A DNA stretch of 63,974 nucleotides, counting the filler, from Licmophora abbreviata (taxonomy: Eukaryota): assembly GCA_900291995.1 (NCBI GenBank). It is 12 parts of 12 records of this genome, joined end to end, with 100 filler letters (N's around TTAATTAATTAA, not from the genome) between each part and the next. Parts side by side here need not be neighbours in the genome. Positions count along the whole stretch, not along the records: positions 30,428 to 41,929 come from OLMU01003349.1; positions 42,030 to 57,358 come from OLMU01003350.1; 10 more parts are not named here. One strand, written 5' to 3'. This document shows, in pieces, positions 30,823 to 42,281 of this stretch. The first letter of the stretch is position 1. Every line of letters starts with the position of its first letter. Below the pieces are notes generated by a model. It saw only the letters and a list, made by a program, of their open reading frames with translations. It was not told where the DNA came from and did not search any database. The position numbers were made by a program, and so were the translations under genes.

Positions 30823-33138
30823 ATGAGATTTCGGTGCACGGTCCTGCTTGTTGTTCTGTGTTGTATGTGTGTCGACAAGGTGGATGGAGGTGACGACGAG
30901 AAGGAGCGCCTGGGACCACATCCACTCATTCGGGGTCAACAGCGACAGCTAAATTTTGTCAAGCGAAGGTCAGGACCGACACAGCAGACGTCGACTATTC
31001 ATCAAGTACCAGATGCTCCATCACCGCCTCCAGCAGTCACGCAGACCCGAACCAATAACCAAGAGGAAGCACCAACACCACCAACAACAACAACGCAGCA
31101 AGATACAGATGCACACGACGCAATTGTTCACAATGGAGAGACTTTCACCAGGGGGAGACCAGCACCACGCGATGGCAATGGCGTCGTCCAAGTGTCGTCA
31201 ATCATGATGGGGAGAACATCTCCTCAACGGGGCTGGCATGGCAAAGGGGGCAAGGGGAAACACTCTAGGGGGAAAAAGAGCACATTTGGCAAAGGCGGGG
31301 CATATCACAAACCCCACCCTCGACCCTCGAAACCAGTCGCTCCTCCGGCGCAACCACTGACACCGGCGCCACAGACGCTGACTCCTACGGTGTCACCCGC
31401 AGCAATTGTTCCCGAACCAACTGCTATGCCAAGTCAGGGACCAAGTATGGTGCAAAGCTCAGTTCCAACCCAGTCTCCACTTCTGGTGGATACACCTCTA
31501 CCTTCCTTTGTCCCCAGTGCAGGTCCGAGCTCTGCACCTGTCCAAGGAACCACGCTGCCGAGCGGCGCGCCTACTACTAGTACTGCTCCGAGTACACAGC
31601 CGAGTGATGCCCCTAGCGCAACTCCTATCGAAGGATCTTTGCAGCCAAGTGTTGTTCCATCTATTGCGCCTTCGAATCTTCCAAGCATTCTACCGTCGAT
31701 GGTCCCATCCGCGTTTCCTTCTACATCATCCGCACCCACAGCTTCTGAGCCACCCTCACAGTCGCCATCACTGTCATTCGGACCGACCGCACTTGTGCCT
31801 GACGAGCTACAGAACTGTACCTCTGCCGATGAATGTCCTGAAGGGGCGTGTGGTTACGAGATCTTTGATGAGAACAGCGCTATTGTTTGTTGCGATTCGA
31901 ATGTAACTGTTACTGTCGGAAGCGATACAGAAACACAGTGGTGTACCGGTCAGGCTATTGGTTCCGGCTGTGGAAAGAATGCCATGTGCGTCAGCGATGT
32001 CTGTGTACAAAAGGTTTGTCAAGATGGGCTTCAGGACAGCGGGGAAGCGTGTGACTCGAACAATGACTGCATCAATGGGGCGTGCGGTCATGAACTCTTC
32101 GACGCAAGTAGCGATAGGATCTGTTGTCCGAACAACGAAACTGAAGCATCGAGTGGTATAGACTATTGTACAGGGCAGAAAGCGGGGGACCCCTGTGAAA
32201 CCGACACCATTTGTGCGAATCAAGAGTGCGTCGATGGTCTTTGCGAGGGCCGGCTATTGGCTATTGGTGAATCATGCGACAGCACTGCTGTGGACGATTG
32301 TGCCAATGGCGCTTGCGGTCGTGACACGTTTGAAGATGATAGCGTGTTTATTTGCTGTCCCAGCAATGAGACTGTTCAGGTCGGGAACTTCAATCCCACC
32401 CAGTGGTGCACCGGTCAGCAGGGCGGAGCCCCGTGCGGCTCTCCCGAAATGTGTCAAAGTCAGGTCTGCCTTGCTGGGATCTGTACTCCTGGATCTGCAC
32501 CTATCAGTACTGACCCTTCTCCTCCGACCATGGCTCCAGTCCGCCGAACACTGCCCCCCGCCACCTTTCCTCCAATTGGGCTTCCAGATCCTACGGACCA
32601 ACCTACTACACAGTCGTGTCCTCCTGACGATGGCAGTGCCTGCGATAGTGGAGTCTGTGGTCTCGTGGAGTTCACAGCTTCCAATTGGATTTGCTGCGCC
32701 AGTGGTGAGACTCTGGAGCTGAGCGATGGCCTTTCGTACTGCACCGAGCTTGAGGAAAACAAATTCTGCGATAACTCGAACGAGATTTGTGCCGGTGATC
32801 TTCTGTGTATTCTGGGACTCTGCACAGACATTCGACAGGGTGACGGACAAAGCTGTACTCCAGGCGATGACAGTGATTGCACGAGTGGCGCCTGCGGTGT
32901 GGAGGAGTTTGGGTCGTCCGACTGGAGGTGCTGTTCGAGCGGGACCACTCTCGTGCTCCGCAACGGCCTGCCGCACTGCACTGAGGTACCAGAGGGTGGA
33001 AGCTGTGACACTTCCGACCAGATTTGCGCAAGTCAGTCGTGTGTGGATGGGATCTGTCAACCAGCGATGAGTCAAGTGCGTTCGTTCCCTTGGGGAATAG
33101 AGAACTTGAACGATATCTTCGATCACCACAGAATATAG
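30823..33138 (+). CDS. Secreted protein with K/G-rich motif, P/S/T-rich stalk and five 10-Cys acidic repeats
   Basis: Signal peptide; LIRGQQRQL; GKGGKGKHSRGKK; five units of C..C..GACG...F...CC...T...CT...C...C...C..G.C. Confidence 0.87.
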   Translation: MRFRCTVLLVVLCCMCVDKVDGGDDEKERLGPHPLIRGQQRQLNFVKRRSGPTQQTSTIHQVPDAPSPPPAVTQTRTNNQEEAPTPPTTTTQQDTDAHDAIVHNGETFTRGRPAPRDGNGVVQVSSIMMGRTSPQRGWHGKGGKGKHSRGKKSTFGKGGAYHKPHPRPSKPVAPPAQPLTPAPQTLTPTVSPAAIVPEPTAMPSQGPSMVQSSVPTQSPLLVDTPLPSFVPSAGPSSAPVQGTTLPSGAPTTSTAPSTQPSDAPSATPIEGSLQPSVVPSIAPSNLPSILPSMVPSAFPSTSSAPTASEPPSQSPSLSFGPTALVPDELQNCTSADECPEGACGYEIFDENSAIVCCDSNVTVTVGSDTETQWCTGQAIGSGCGKNAMCVSDVCVQKVCQDGLQDSGEACDSNNDCINGACGHELFDASSDRICCPNNETEASSGIDYCTGQKAGDPCETDTICANQECVDGLCEGRLLAIGESCDSTAVDDCANGACGRDTFEDDSVFICCPSNETVQVGNFNPTQWCTGQQGGAPCGSPEMCQSQVCLAGICTPGSAPISTDPSPPTMAPVRRTLPPATFPPIGLPDPTDQPTTQSCPPDDGSACDSGVCGLVEFTASNWICCASGETLELSDGLSYCTELEENKFCDNSNEICAGDLLCILGLCTDIRQGDGQSCTPGDDSDCTSGACGVEEFGSSDWRCCSSGTTLVLRNGLPHCTEVPEGGSCDTSDQICASQSCVDGICQPAMSQVRSFPWGIENLNDIFDHHRI

Positions 33139-33276
33139 TTGCTGCGGCCATGTACGGATTAGCATAACTGTTCACTTCTAGAGTAAGCTACGCGACAAGA
33201 ACCGAGGCAGAATATAGCCCGTTCCGAAGCCTGGGCGTACTTTTCCGGAGACCAGCTCCAGTTTTTATTTTGTTCT

Positions 33277-33450
33277 CTATTTGATCTTGTGTTCGGTAAA
33301 TAAGACATGCTTCCGAACCACAGGGTCATATTTGACAAAGGCCAGTTTCTGAGGAGTCTTCGAGACGTTTTTCCGTGTCGTGTAAAAAAATCCCGTCCCG
33401 GCCGCACTGAGCAATTTGATAGGAATCGTTTTGCCCTTGCCTCGGGCCAT
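33277..33450 (-). CDS. rpmG: Ribosomal protein bL33 (nuclear-encoded, probably mitochondrial)
   Basis: [51 protein letters not shown]. Confidence 0.93.
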   Translation of the reverse strand: MARGKGKTIPIKLLSAAGTGFFYTTRKNVSKTPQKLAFVKYDPVVRKHVLFTEHKIK

Positions 33451-33996
33451 GCATACTATCGAGGCGTGCATACTTGTAACAAAGATCAAATAGATATAAT
33501 ATAAGATGAAACGCACGAGGAAAGCATCAGCGACGGCACACAAGGTCGTCCCATGGTGACTGTGGTGCGTGTGTGGCGACGAGAGGAGCCGCCGCTGTGC
33601 GCTTCGCTGAGTCCGTACGTCGCCCCCACCCACGAGGATACCCGGATGTATCCCGTTGGGCGCCTTGAGAAGGACAAAATGATTCATCCCTTCCACAAAG
33701 GCAGATTGAAGATGCGGATAGCCTACCTCAGCATGGGCAACGCAACTACGAAAGTCTGTTCAAGAGTCAATAAATAGCAATACTGCGTTGAAGTCGAGAT
33801 ATCATGACGGTGCATGTTGGCGTGAAACTGGCTTCGAACTCAAGGGTGATGAGACACGAACTCTGACGTCATGATTGCTTCTTTCAATCTGTGGCCTTTG
33901 ACACCCCCACCGAGAGAACCACGAAGAGCACATGAACTTGCATCGCGATCTCGCTGTTTGTTGCCTGTAACGAAAGAAGTGCTCCATCCGCTTTTA

Positions 33997-34019
33997 CAAT
34001 AGAATAGAATAGAATAGAA
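33997..34019 (+). repeat. (AATAG)n pentanucleotide microsatellite just upstream of an ATG
   Basis: aatagaatagaatagaatagaa. Confidence 0.75.
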
Positions 34020-34028
34020 AAGACCATC

Positions 34029-34594
34029 ATGCTGAGTCGCGTCGTCCGGTTGCCCCCTGCTGTCACGATCCTTCGTGCGTCGACGACGGCGCGGATCGTA
34101 CCGACCTTCGCTCGCGCAGCCGCTGCCCGGACCTACGGCAGCATTACGGTTCGTTAAATCAATCGCGCCTTGCTTTGTCGCCGCCATGAAGATTATCTCT
34201 CATTCTCTCTATTTGTTCTTTGCTCTCACAGTACTCTGGTGGACAAGCTTCTGAAGGCCAGGGTGGATTCTACGGCTCGGGCGGTGCCCGCGTGCTCAAG
34301 ACGACTCAAGAGCATCGTCCTGAACTTCTGGCCATTGCCGAAGATGTCGAGACGATATCCAAAGCCATGTTGGAACTGACGGCTCTTGAAGCGGAACTTG
34401 AAGATCTTCGCACAAAAGACTCCGATGTCAGTGCCACGATTGAACTCCGTTCGGCCATTAAGAAACTCATGACGGCTCCGGAACTGACACAGTGTTTGAA
34501 TCGTCTCGAAGTGAAAGGCGAGCCCGTGTGGGGATTGAGCTCGTCAGAGCGTGAACTCATTATCCATGCACGTGAAAAGGCAAATGAGTGTTGA
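34029..34594 (+). CDS. Hypothetical small protein with mitochondrial-type presequence; intron 34149..34231
   Basis: Exon 1 MLSRVVRLPPAVTILRAS..RTYGSIT is Arg-rich with no acidic residues. It splices in phase 0 to YSGGQASEGQGGFYGSGGAR; a coiled-coil region follows. Confidence 0.78.
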
Positions 34595-35200
34595 GAGATT
34601 GATTTGGTATGAGAGGGAACATATAGATAATACTTCACAAGCAGAGTCATGGATGCTGCCTACCTGAAGGAACCGATGGAGAGAACAGAGTACGTACAGA
34701 GACTATCTTGGAGCGCCGAAAAGAATAATGCGCCCCTAAAAGAGCAGTTAACACGAGTAGGCGACCAACATGTCTCTACTAGGAGTTTGTCGTCCTTGTA
34801 ACGCGTGATCATTGTGTTCCGAGTCGAAGATCGCGAGCATGCGACATCGGTGCGGGGCATGAGCTCATCCCCACTCTCAACTCTACCAGCCGATTGGCAA
34901 CGGTATAGATCCAGAGTACTGTATGATGATAACAACACTGCAAGGCCTCAGGTTAGACTTCCTGGTGAGGTGCCTGATGGACTACACTGATGAAGTGTGA
35001 AGTCCATCCGACAAAAAAATGAGGCGCGGAGAGCTTTTCCGGGTGACCGTCTAAACTTGCGTTGCGCGACGACTTCAATTTGTCACATCTTTCCCACTGA
35101 CTTGGCAATGAACCATTCTGCGGGCTCATCGTCAAGGAAACTTCCGACAGCGTTCGTTCTCTCCCATTCCTGCTCGTCACCTGTAGTATCGAAAACAAAG

Positions 35201-36903
35201 ATGGCGAGTTTCAAGTCCAAAGTGCTTTCGATTCTTGCGATAGCGATGCTCGCCGGCGTGACACTCGGGTTTGCGCCGGCGTCGTACAAGAACACCGTCC
35301 GCCCGCAGTCACAAGCCCCTTTGAAATCGGCTGTTGCCGATATAAATGAAGTCAAGACAGACGTGGTACCTAATGCGGACCAGGATACAGTGACTCGGCC
35401 AGGAGAAATTGAGAATGCCTATTTTCAGTGTGACGAATCAGTACAATTTTGGCGGAACTTTGAGTCGCGAGGAAATCAAGGCAATGTCGACCGCATTCGA
35501 GACCTGCTGTCGCGAAACGCGCCCTCTACCACCGCGAGCCACAATGGTATGAGAGCAGCGTACTGGTCCTCGCAGATGCTTCGGACGTCATACTTCGTCG
35601 CGACTGCTGCTCTTGGATCGATTGGCTCCGATTTACACGAGCGATTCATTGCCAACCGTGGTGACGATGCGAGTCGGATGGCTGGAGAATCCTTTATGGA
35701 TATTAACGGAGGAACCATGACAACCAATCTTCTCGAGTCGGACGTCCCTTCACGCCTCGTGTTTGAAGCTCTCAAGTGCTATGAGCAGGACTGGAAGTTT
35801 GTGGAATCGGGCCTTCTGAACTTTCCTTGGGATGGGATCGCCACAGCCAGTCGTGACAGCGACCAGATTCGTCTTCAGCTGGACCACAAGCAGTCGAACC
35901 CTCTCTTTGCATTGTCCGAGACGGGACGAGTCATTCGGGAGTCGATTGGGATCTTTGGTCGACGCAACAGATTTGAGGGCCAGCCCAGCGGACAGGTCTG
36001 GATGAAACAGCCGCAGTCAAATGGATCAAAGTCGATTCGCTACCCAGACTACTACCTGAACGACTTTCATTACCAAACCGATGGATGGCTCTCTTCAACC
36101 TCTGCTAATGTGTACGAAGCTAGCACAGAAACCCTCTTCTTGGGACGTCAAGATGCCATGCAACGACAGACATTACTCCCGTTGCTAAAGCACTTTGAGT
36201 CCTCACCGCCCATGAAAATTCTGGAGGTAGCATGCGGCACTGGTCGGTTTGCCACATTTGTTCGCGATAATTTCCCTAAAGCTGACATGGTCCTTTCCGA
36301 CCTTTCTCCATTTTACCTGGAAAAGGCGCGAGAGAACGACAAGTACTGGAGGACTTATCGAGGAGAGAAGGCAGTGCAAGAAAAGATGAATGTGGATGGT
36401 AGCGTGCCGAGCGCTCCCAAGCCTGCCATGTTTGTGCAGGCCAACGCCGAATCTCTGCCCTTCCCAGACGAGTCATTTGATGCTGTTACTTGTGTTTATC
36501 TTTTCCACGAGCTGCCATTGAAGGCACAAGCCAATGCAGTCCGAGAAATGGCTCGTGTGTTGAAACCGGGAGGAATGGTGGTGTTCACTGACTCGATCCA
36601 ACTTGGCGACAGACCTGCCCTTGACAAGGGCATGGGGAACTTCGGTCGTCTCAACGAACCTCACTACAAAGGTACGAAAAGCACACTTATGGACTTTGTT
36701 GAACAGGATGTGTTTGTCGTAGCAGTATGGCTCACATGCGTCGTGTAACTTTGCTTACAGACTTCATGCAGACCCCGTTGGCACCCCTCTTCGAACGCCA
36801 CGGGCTGACCTGTTCGGAAAAGTACGTTGCGTCGAGTACAAAGACACTGTCCTTTGTGAAACGAGGCAAATCAAAGGAACAAACCCACGATCTTGCTACC
36901 TAA
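35201..36903 (+). CDS. Plastid-targeted class I SAM-dependent methyltransferase (UbiE/type 11-like); intron 36672..36760
   Basis: MASFKSKVLSILAIAMLAGVTLG|FAP; YPDYYLNDFHYQTDGW; ILEVACGTG; DLSPFYL; AESLPFPDESFDAV; RVLKPGG. The last exon ends STKTLSFVK..TAA. Confidence 0.9.
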
Positions 36904-36979
36904 CGGAAAGATAATCGTCAAATAAATAAGCTACTGGTATTGATTCTCCTAGCAGCTGCTTAAGTTGGCTATCCTTGCT

Positions 36980-38899
36980 CTAGGCAGCCGCGAATTGGCT
37001 CGGATCGACTTCAAGCAAAAGTTTCTTACTCTGCTTGGTGAGAGTCGCACCCCCACCGAACGCAATGGCACCTTCACCCTTGACACCAGGAGGATTCTGG
37101 GGTTCATGCTTGGCCGCTTCCTCAACAACATGAGGCTGAACCTCCTTGATCGCTAGCTCTGGCATGTCGAGCGCCCGCCGTGCCACCACCTCAGCCGCTA
37201 GCTTTCCTCCCAAAACGGCCCCCTCCATGCTGCCCAAGAACTTCTGTGATGTCCAGTCTCCCGCCATGGTGAAGTGCGGAATCGGTGTTGTCTGACTAGG
37301 TCGGTACTTATTTCGGCCTACGCAAGGGGACAGGTAGATGAAAGTGAGCAACAGTTCCAGCGGGAATATACCTTCTCTAGTCTAGAACCGACACAGCTTA
37401 CCTGGAATGGCAGCATACACACTACGGGGAACCTTGACGACGACAAACTTTCGCAAACGTGCTTGTCCCTCAGGTCCCTGGTCCTTGGTCGCAGGCCATT
37501 TGTCGTCCGCTGCAATCTCCGTCGGGAATAGACGGGCCAGTTCTCCCATTGTGGCATCAATAATCTCCTCATCAGTCTTGGAAATCCAGTTCACATTTCC
37601 ACCCGCAAGTGGACTACACGGTGCAAAGACCAATTCCAACATACTTGCATCCGTGTCGTAGTATTCCTTGCAGGTGACACTCATATCAGCATAGACACTC
37701 AACAGCGACGATCGCGAAAAACACAAGTGATCGACGGCCTTCAACTTACGATCAAACCACATGTGTAGATTGATTACGGGAATGCCCTGGAGTTCATCAA
37801 ACTGACGAAAGTATGGCATGTTCTGCCACTTCTTGGGGACCATACGCTTGACGATATCCACCGGCATGGCCGAGATATATTCATCAGCCTCAACCTTCTC
37901 TCCCGAACGCATCAACAAATGCTTGACACTTCCATCATCATTGGTAACAATCTCCTTGACAGGTGACTTCATAATCACCTTACCACCGCGACCTTCAATG
38001 TGCTGCTTCATCGGTTCGCAGAGACGATCCGGTTGGTTGCCATCCAGAAAAGCCATTTGCAGTCCATTGCTTTCATTCAAGAAACGATTCATGGCTGTCA
38101 AAACTACCGTCATGCTAAGCTTCTCAGGATCAATGAAATCAAGCGCCTTGGCCATGGCAATGAAGACTTCTTCGTTGATGCGTTCCGGCATGCCGTACTT
38201 TCGCATAAACTCAGTGACAGAAAGCTCATCTTGAGCATCAATGAAGGGCTGTCCCTCAATCAGCATAGGTAAGAGTGGAGGTGCAGTCTGCAGCTTTTCA
38301 GGCAGAGTCAACATTTTCTGATTCGACAAGATAGCAAGTGCAAAATTGAAGGGAGCGGGAATACCAGGAATGAAGTCAAAGGTAGTAAACTCGCCAGGTA
38401 GTTCTTGCATGGCAAAAATCATCTGATGAATCTTCCATTGCAGTCGATCGTGAATATCGAGCTCGGAAAACAGATTCATCATGTTGGGGTAGGCACCAAA
38501 GAAGATGTGGAGACCAGTCTCAATCCAATCTCCGTCTTCGTCTTGCCATGCACTGACTTTGCCTCCCAGCACATCACGGGCTTCGTAGACGGTGGGAAGG
38601 TGTCCAGCATCCGACAGATACTTGGCACAGGCTAGTCCCGAGAGCCCTCCGCCGATAATTGCAACCTTCTTCCGTTGCGAGTCGCTCGATGTCTTTAGTG
38701 TCGTACTAAAACTTTGACTCAAGGCCTCACCGACGCGGTAGTTCTCCGTATCTTCCACGTTGGGCTTGGGATAGTCGCGCATGGTCAAAATGTTGTTTCG
38801 GGAAGCAGTTCGCGGAGCGCTCATCAGACGCGTGAAAGGGGCAAAGGCCTGCACATGGCTCAACAGGAGCACCGCCAGATAGAACGTAGACTTCCTCAT
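36980..38899 (-). CDS. PDS: Phytoene desaturase (plant/cyanobacterial CrtP type); intron 37318..37401
   Basis: HVQA|FAP presequence; [66 protein letters not shown]. Confidence 0.96.
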
Positions 38900-39340
38900 G
38901 ATGCGTATCCAACAACCAGAATGATCCCTACCGAAGACTGGAGTCAGAGAGCAACAGAATGAACTGATGGCTGCTGATGGCGTGGTCGAAAACTGACACG
39001 GAAAATAGAGCCCATCACAAATCTTTGGAAGAACGTCACTGCTGAGTCTTCAACTTCCGGGTTTCTGAAAACTCAGCGCAAGTGGATTCACGTCCAATAG
39101 ATTGCACATACAATTCATCTCCAAAAACCTAGGGTTGAAGGGACAACTTTTATGTAGAGCAGAGCTCGAGTTTGTCATCATCGCGGCGAAATAGAGTCTT
39201 GATGGAGTCTCTAATGCTCTCTCGTCGTCCTCGTCGTTATTACCTACACTGTTTCCACCACATTTTCTTCGATGATGAGCAGTCAGCCTCAGTTTCTAAC
39301 CACATTAAAGACTTTGGGTAGAGGTACCTGTACAGATTCC

Positions 39341-40200
39341 ATGTTTCGACGGATCGCGTTTACTATACTGCTGACTTTCTTGTTTCAAAATGAGTCGTCG
39401 GACGCGTTCACGCCGCCGGTATTCAGAGTGATGCCATCGGCCACGTTCGAACGTCGCCATTGTGCAATAGTCACCTGTAGCATGTCTGCACCCGGCCCAT
39501 GTTCCTCATCACTTGAAGCTAGTGCTGCCCGAGAGGAAGACTCGCCAAGAACAAGAAGATCGTTTCTTCGACGTACCTGTACCTCTGCAACTGCCAGCGC
39601 TCTTCTTATCTTGACTCCAAGTTCAAGAGCAGTAGCAGGAGGATCAAGCGATGAATCCTTCGAGCGCACCACCAAGGACTTTAGCTACTCCCTAACTCCT
39701 CCACATGGATTCGAGCAAACGAAAAAGCCTCTAAAAACGCATTTGGACGAAGTCAACTTTGTTTCCTCTAAAGTTGGATCCTACCAATTCGGAATCACGG
39801 TAGATCCAGTGCGGATTCAGTCCTTGAAAGATGTACGTCTTTGAAACTTATACTGCCTATTGAAGAAAGGTGAACGGCCCCCTCTCTCACCTCTTCTTCT
39901 CTCCGCCTTTCTCCACAGTTTGGTACTCCAGAGCAAGTCGCCGCACGGGTAGTGACTGCCGAGGTGAATCGTGACGGTGTCTTTGACGTGACGCTGTTGA
40001 AGGATCCAGTTGTTTCGTCGGATGGCGCCTATCAGCTCGAGTATCTGAGCCGTGGAAAGCGCGGCGACAAACACTTTGTGGCAAAGTTTTACATTATCAA
40101 CTTCAAACTGTACGTTCTGACCGCCCAAGTGAAGCAAGAGTTCTTCGATCAGTATCAGGCCGAGCTCGTGCGGTGTGTCGAGTCGTTTCGCTTGTTGTAA
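39341..40200 (+). CDS. PsbP-domain (PPD-like) thylakoid lumen protein; intron 39833..39918
   Basis: Signal ..SSDA|FTP; Tat-like TRRSFL..SRAVA; GITVDPVRIQSLKD|FGTPEQVAARVVTAEVNRDG; YQLEY; KLYVLTAQ. Confidence 0.85.
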
Positions 40201-40329
40201 TTGCGTACGTAGACGAACAAAGTAAAGGGGCAGCACAGCTAGGATGCGCTTATGTTGTTTTACAGGCATGCGTGCTATTTCTAGTCTTCGCTCTAGTCTT
40301 CGCGTTTGTACCCTCAGTCTGAAACGAGC

Positions 40330-41778
40330 TCATTCTATGGTGTCCACAATGCAGCACTGGCTACTGGGTAATCTTCCATTCGGTGTAATGACAGTGACCG
40401 TGTCTGGCTCGTCGTCGCCTCCGTGGATAACTTCAAGGACCTGGGGAGGTGCTCCCATGACACCTTTGGACGCCCCAACATCGACCCGCCATGCTTTCCC
40501 CTTCAGCGCAGCATTGATATGAAACTGCGGCGTGTGACCCATCACAAGGCGATCGGCATCGAGTTGTGAGAGTAAGTCGTCAATCATGCCTTGTGCTTTG
40601 GGATTCCGCGGCGGCGCGTCGTTGGGTTGCGAAAAATCCCGCATCCACACGGGCGACTCGCTCCCGATGCCGCCGCCGAGGCATTCTGGCATCTGCTCTG
40701 CGGCCACCTTGGCGCGACCCTGTGCGGACGCGATGATGCCCTCCACCGATTCGTAGTTGCCCAAATTATTGTTCTCGCCATGATGGCTGGCCAGAATCCA
40801 CTCGCGCGCTTGTTTATTCATTCCTTCGAGACCGCCGTACTTCTCTAAATGATCCGTAGTCAAGCCCGCATGTACACATACAGTCCGTCCCACTTGAACA
40901 GCGACTTGGCCGTACTGCAGTGTACTTTGACTAAGTATCCCACCCGGTTCCATGGCGGCCCATCTCGCAGGCTGATTCCCTGCAAACTGAAGCCTCCATC
41001 GGTCACTGCCCAGCACCCTATCAAGCTCGGCACCTACGACACTTTCATACTCATCATTTCCACCCTCCAAAGCATATTGAAACAGACCTGCTGCGTTGAG
41101 AGATTCATGGTTTCCAAACAACAGGTGCACGGCACCACCACGGTCCTTTGCCTTGCGAGACAGCGTCGCCAGTACCTGCAAACATGCCAGCTCGTTAGCA
41201 CCACGATCTAAAATATCTCCCAGCGAAATCAAAATAGTGTCTCCACCGGTCCATTCTACATTCTCAATGTCATCCAGAGGAGTGTTGATGACTCCTGCCA
41301 GTTGCAGGAATCCTTGCAATGCAGGAATATCGCCATGGACGTCTCCCATGACGACCACCCGCTGGTTCTTGGGCAGGTCAGTGTATCGATCTGGTGGAAT
41401 CGTAGGATCCCACTGGTATTTCTGAAGGAAATCTTCGCTTACCAGTGACCTGAGCGATGCTGTGGCAGCCGAATCGGACGCGTCTCCTGCCGACGTAGTA
41501 CTATACGTGGCATTGACCGGTTCGAACGGTGTGGTCCCGTACAAGGACGACCCACCGCTACGGCGGCCGTACACGATAGGGCATGTATTGGGTGGTCTGA
41601 TGAGAGCATTCAAGGATGATGCGTGCTTTCTTCTCGCCAAGACGGAAAGCGAAGCATTCACTCGACGATTCAGCGTCGTGCCAAAGGCTGCCGTCGCGCG
41701 CCGTGGCAGCAGCATTGCCACGCCGACCACTACGACAATTCCAGAAAAATAGACGATTCGATTCGTCGTACCGGGCAT
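40330..41778 (-). CDS. SLP1: Shewanella-like protein phosphatase (SLP/Shelph, PPP metallophosphatase), probably plastid-targeted
   Basis: GDVHGD, GDILDRG, GNHE, HAG, GHTPQ, RVDVG; N-terminal hydrophobic segment plus ATAA|FG. Confidence 0.9.
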   Translation of the reverse strand: MPGTTNRIVYFSGIVVVVGVAMLLPRRATAAFGTTLNRRVNASLSVLARRKHASSLNALIRPPNTCPIVYGRRSGGSSLYGTTPFEPVNATYSTTSAGDASDSAATASLRSLVSEDFLQKYQWDPTIPPDRYTDLPKNQRVVVMGDVHGDIPALQGFLQLAGVINTPLDDIENVEWTGGDTILISLGDILDRGANELACLQVLATLSRKAKDRGGAVHLLFGNHESLNAAGLFQYALEGGNDEYESVVGAELDRVLGSDRWRLQFAGNQPARWAAMEPGGILSQSTLQYGQVAVQVGRTVCVHAGLTTDHLEKYGGLEGMNKQAREWILASHHGENNNLGNYESVEGIIASAQGRAKVAAEQMPECLGGGIGSESPVWMRDFSQPNDAPPRNPKAQGMIDDLLSQLDADRLVMGHTPQFHINAALKGKAWRVDVGASKGVMGAPPQVLEVIHGGDDEPDTVTVITPNGRLPSSQCCIVDTIE

Positions 41779-42281
41779 CCGCACGTTCTTGATCCTCCTG
41801 CCTTTCTTGCAGCGATAGGCGGGAACGTCGATCTATACACAAGATAGGAATTTCAGCAGGAGTGTCAAGTTTGATATGGTGCACCGTCGATGAAATCTCA
41901 TGGGCACTGAAAGAGTAGTGATTTTTGAANNNNNNNNNNNNNNNNNNNNNNNNNNNNNNNNNNNNNNNNNNNNTTAATTAATTAANNNNNNNNNNNNNNN
42001 NNNNNNNNNNNNNNNNNNNNNNNNNNNNNATATGGTGCACCGTCGATGAAATCTCATGGGCACTGAAAGAGTAGTGATTTTTGAATTTGGAGCTTCGAAA
42101 CTTAAAAAAAATTATCTCGTACGACCTCACGGATCGCCACGTGGAAGCCGAAAACAAACCATGACCCTATGACATTATGACATTTTTTCTTGGGAGTGAA
42201 AAGACTCTTATTCGAAACCTACACACACTGCAAGACCATGACGGCGATCGTAGCACTTGGCTGCCTGATCCATCCCTTAAG

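Noticed and set aside
31813..33060. Calling the Cys-rich protein a frustulin
   Set aside because: It lacks the ACR consensus (CEGDCD..DC..GL.CFQR) and the Trp-rich C-terminal domain.
33451..33696. N-terminal extension of the 139-aa ORF containing bL33
   Set aside because: Homology starts at MARGKGK (33450); the upstream part looks like UTR or intron.
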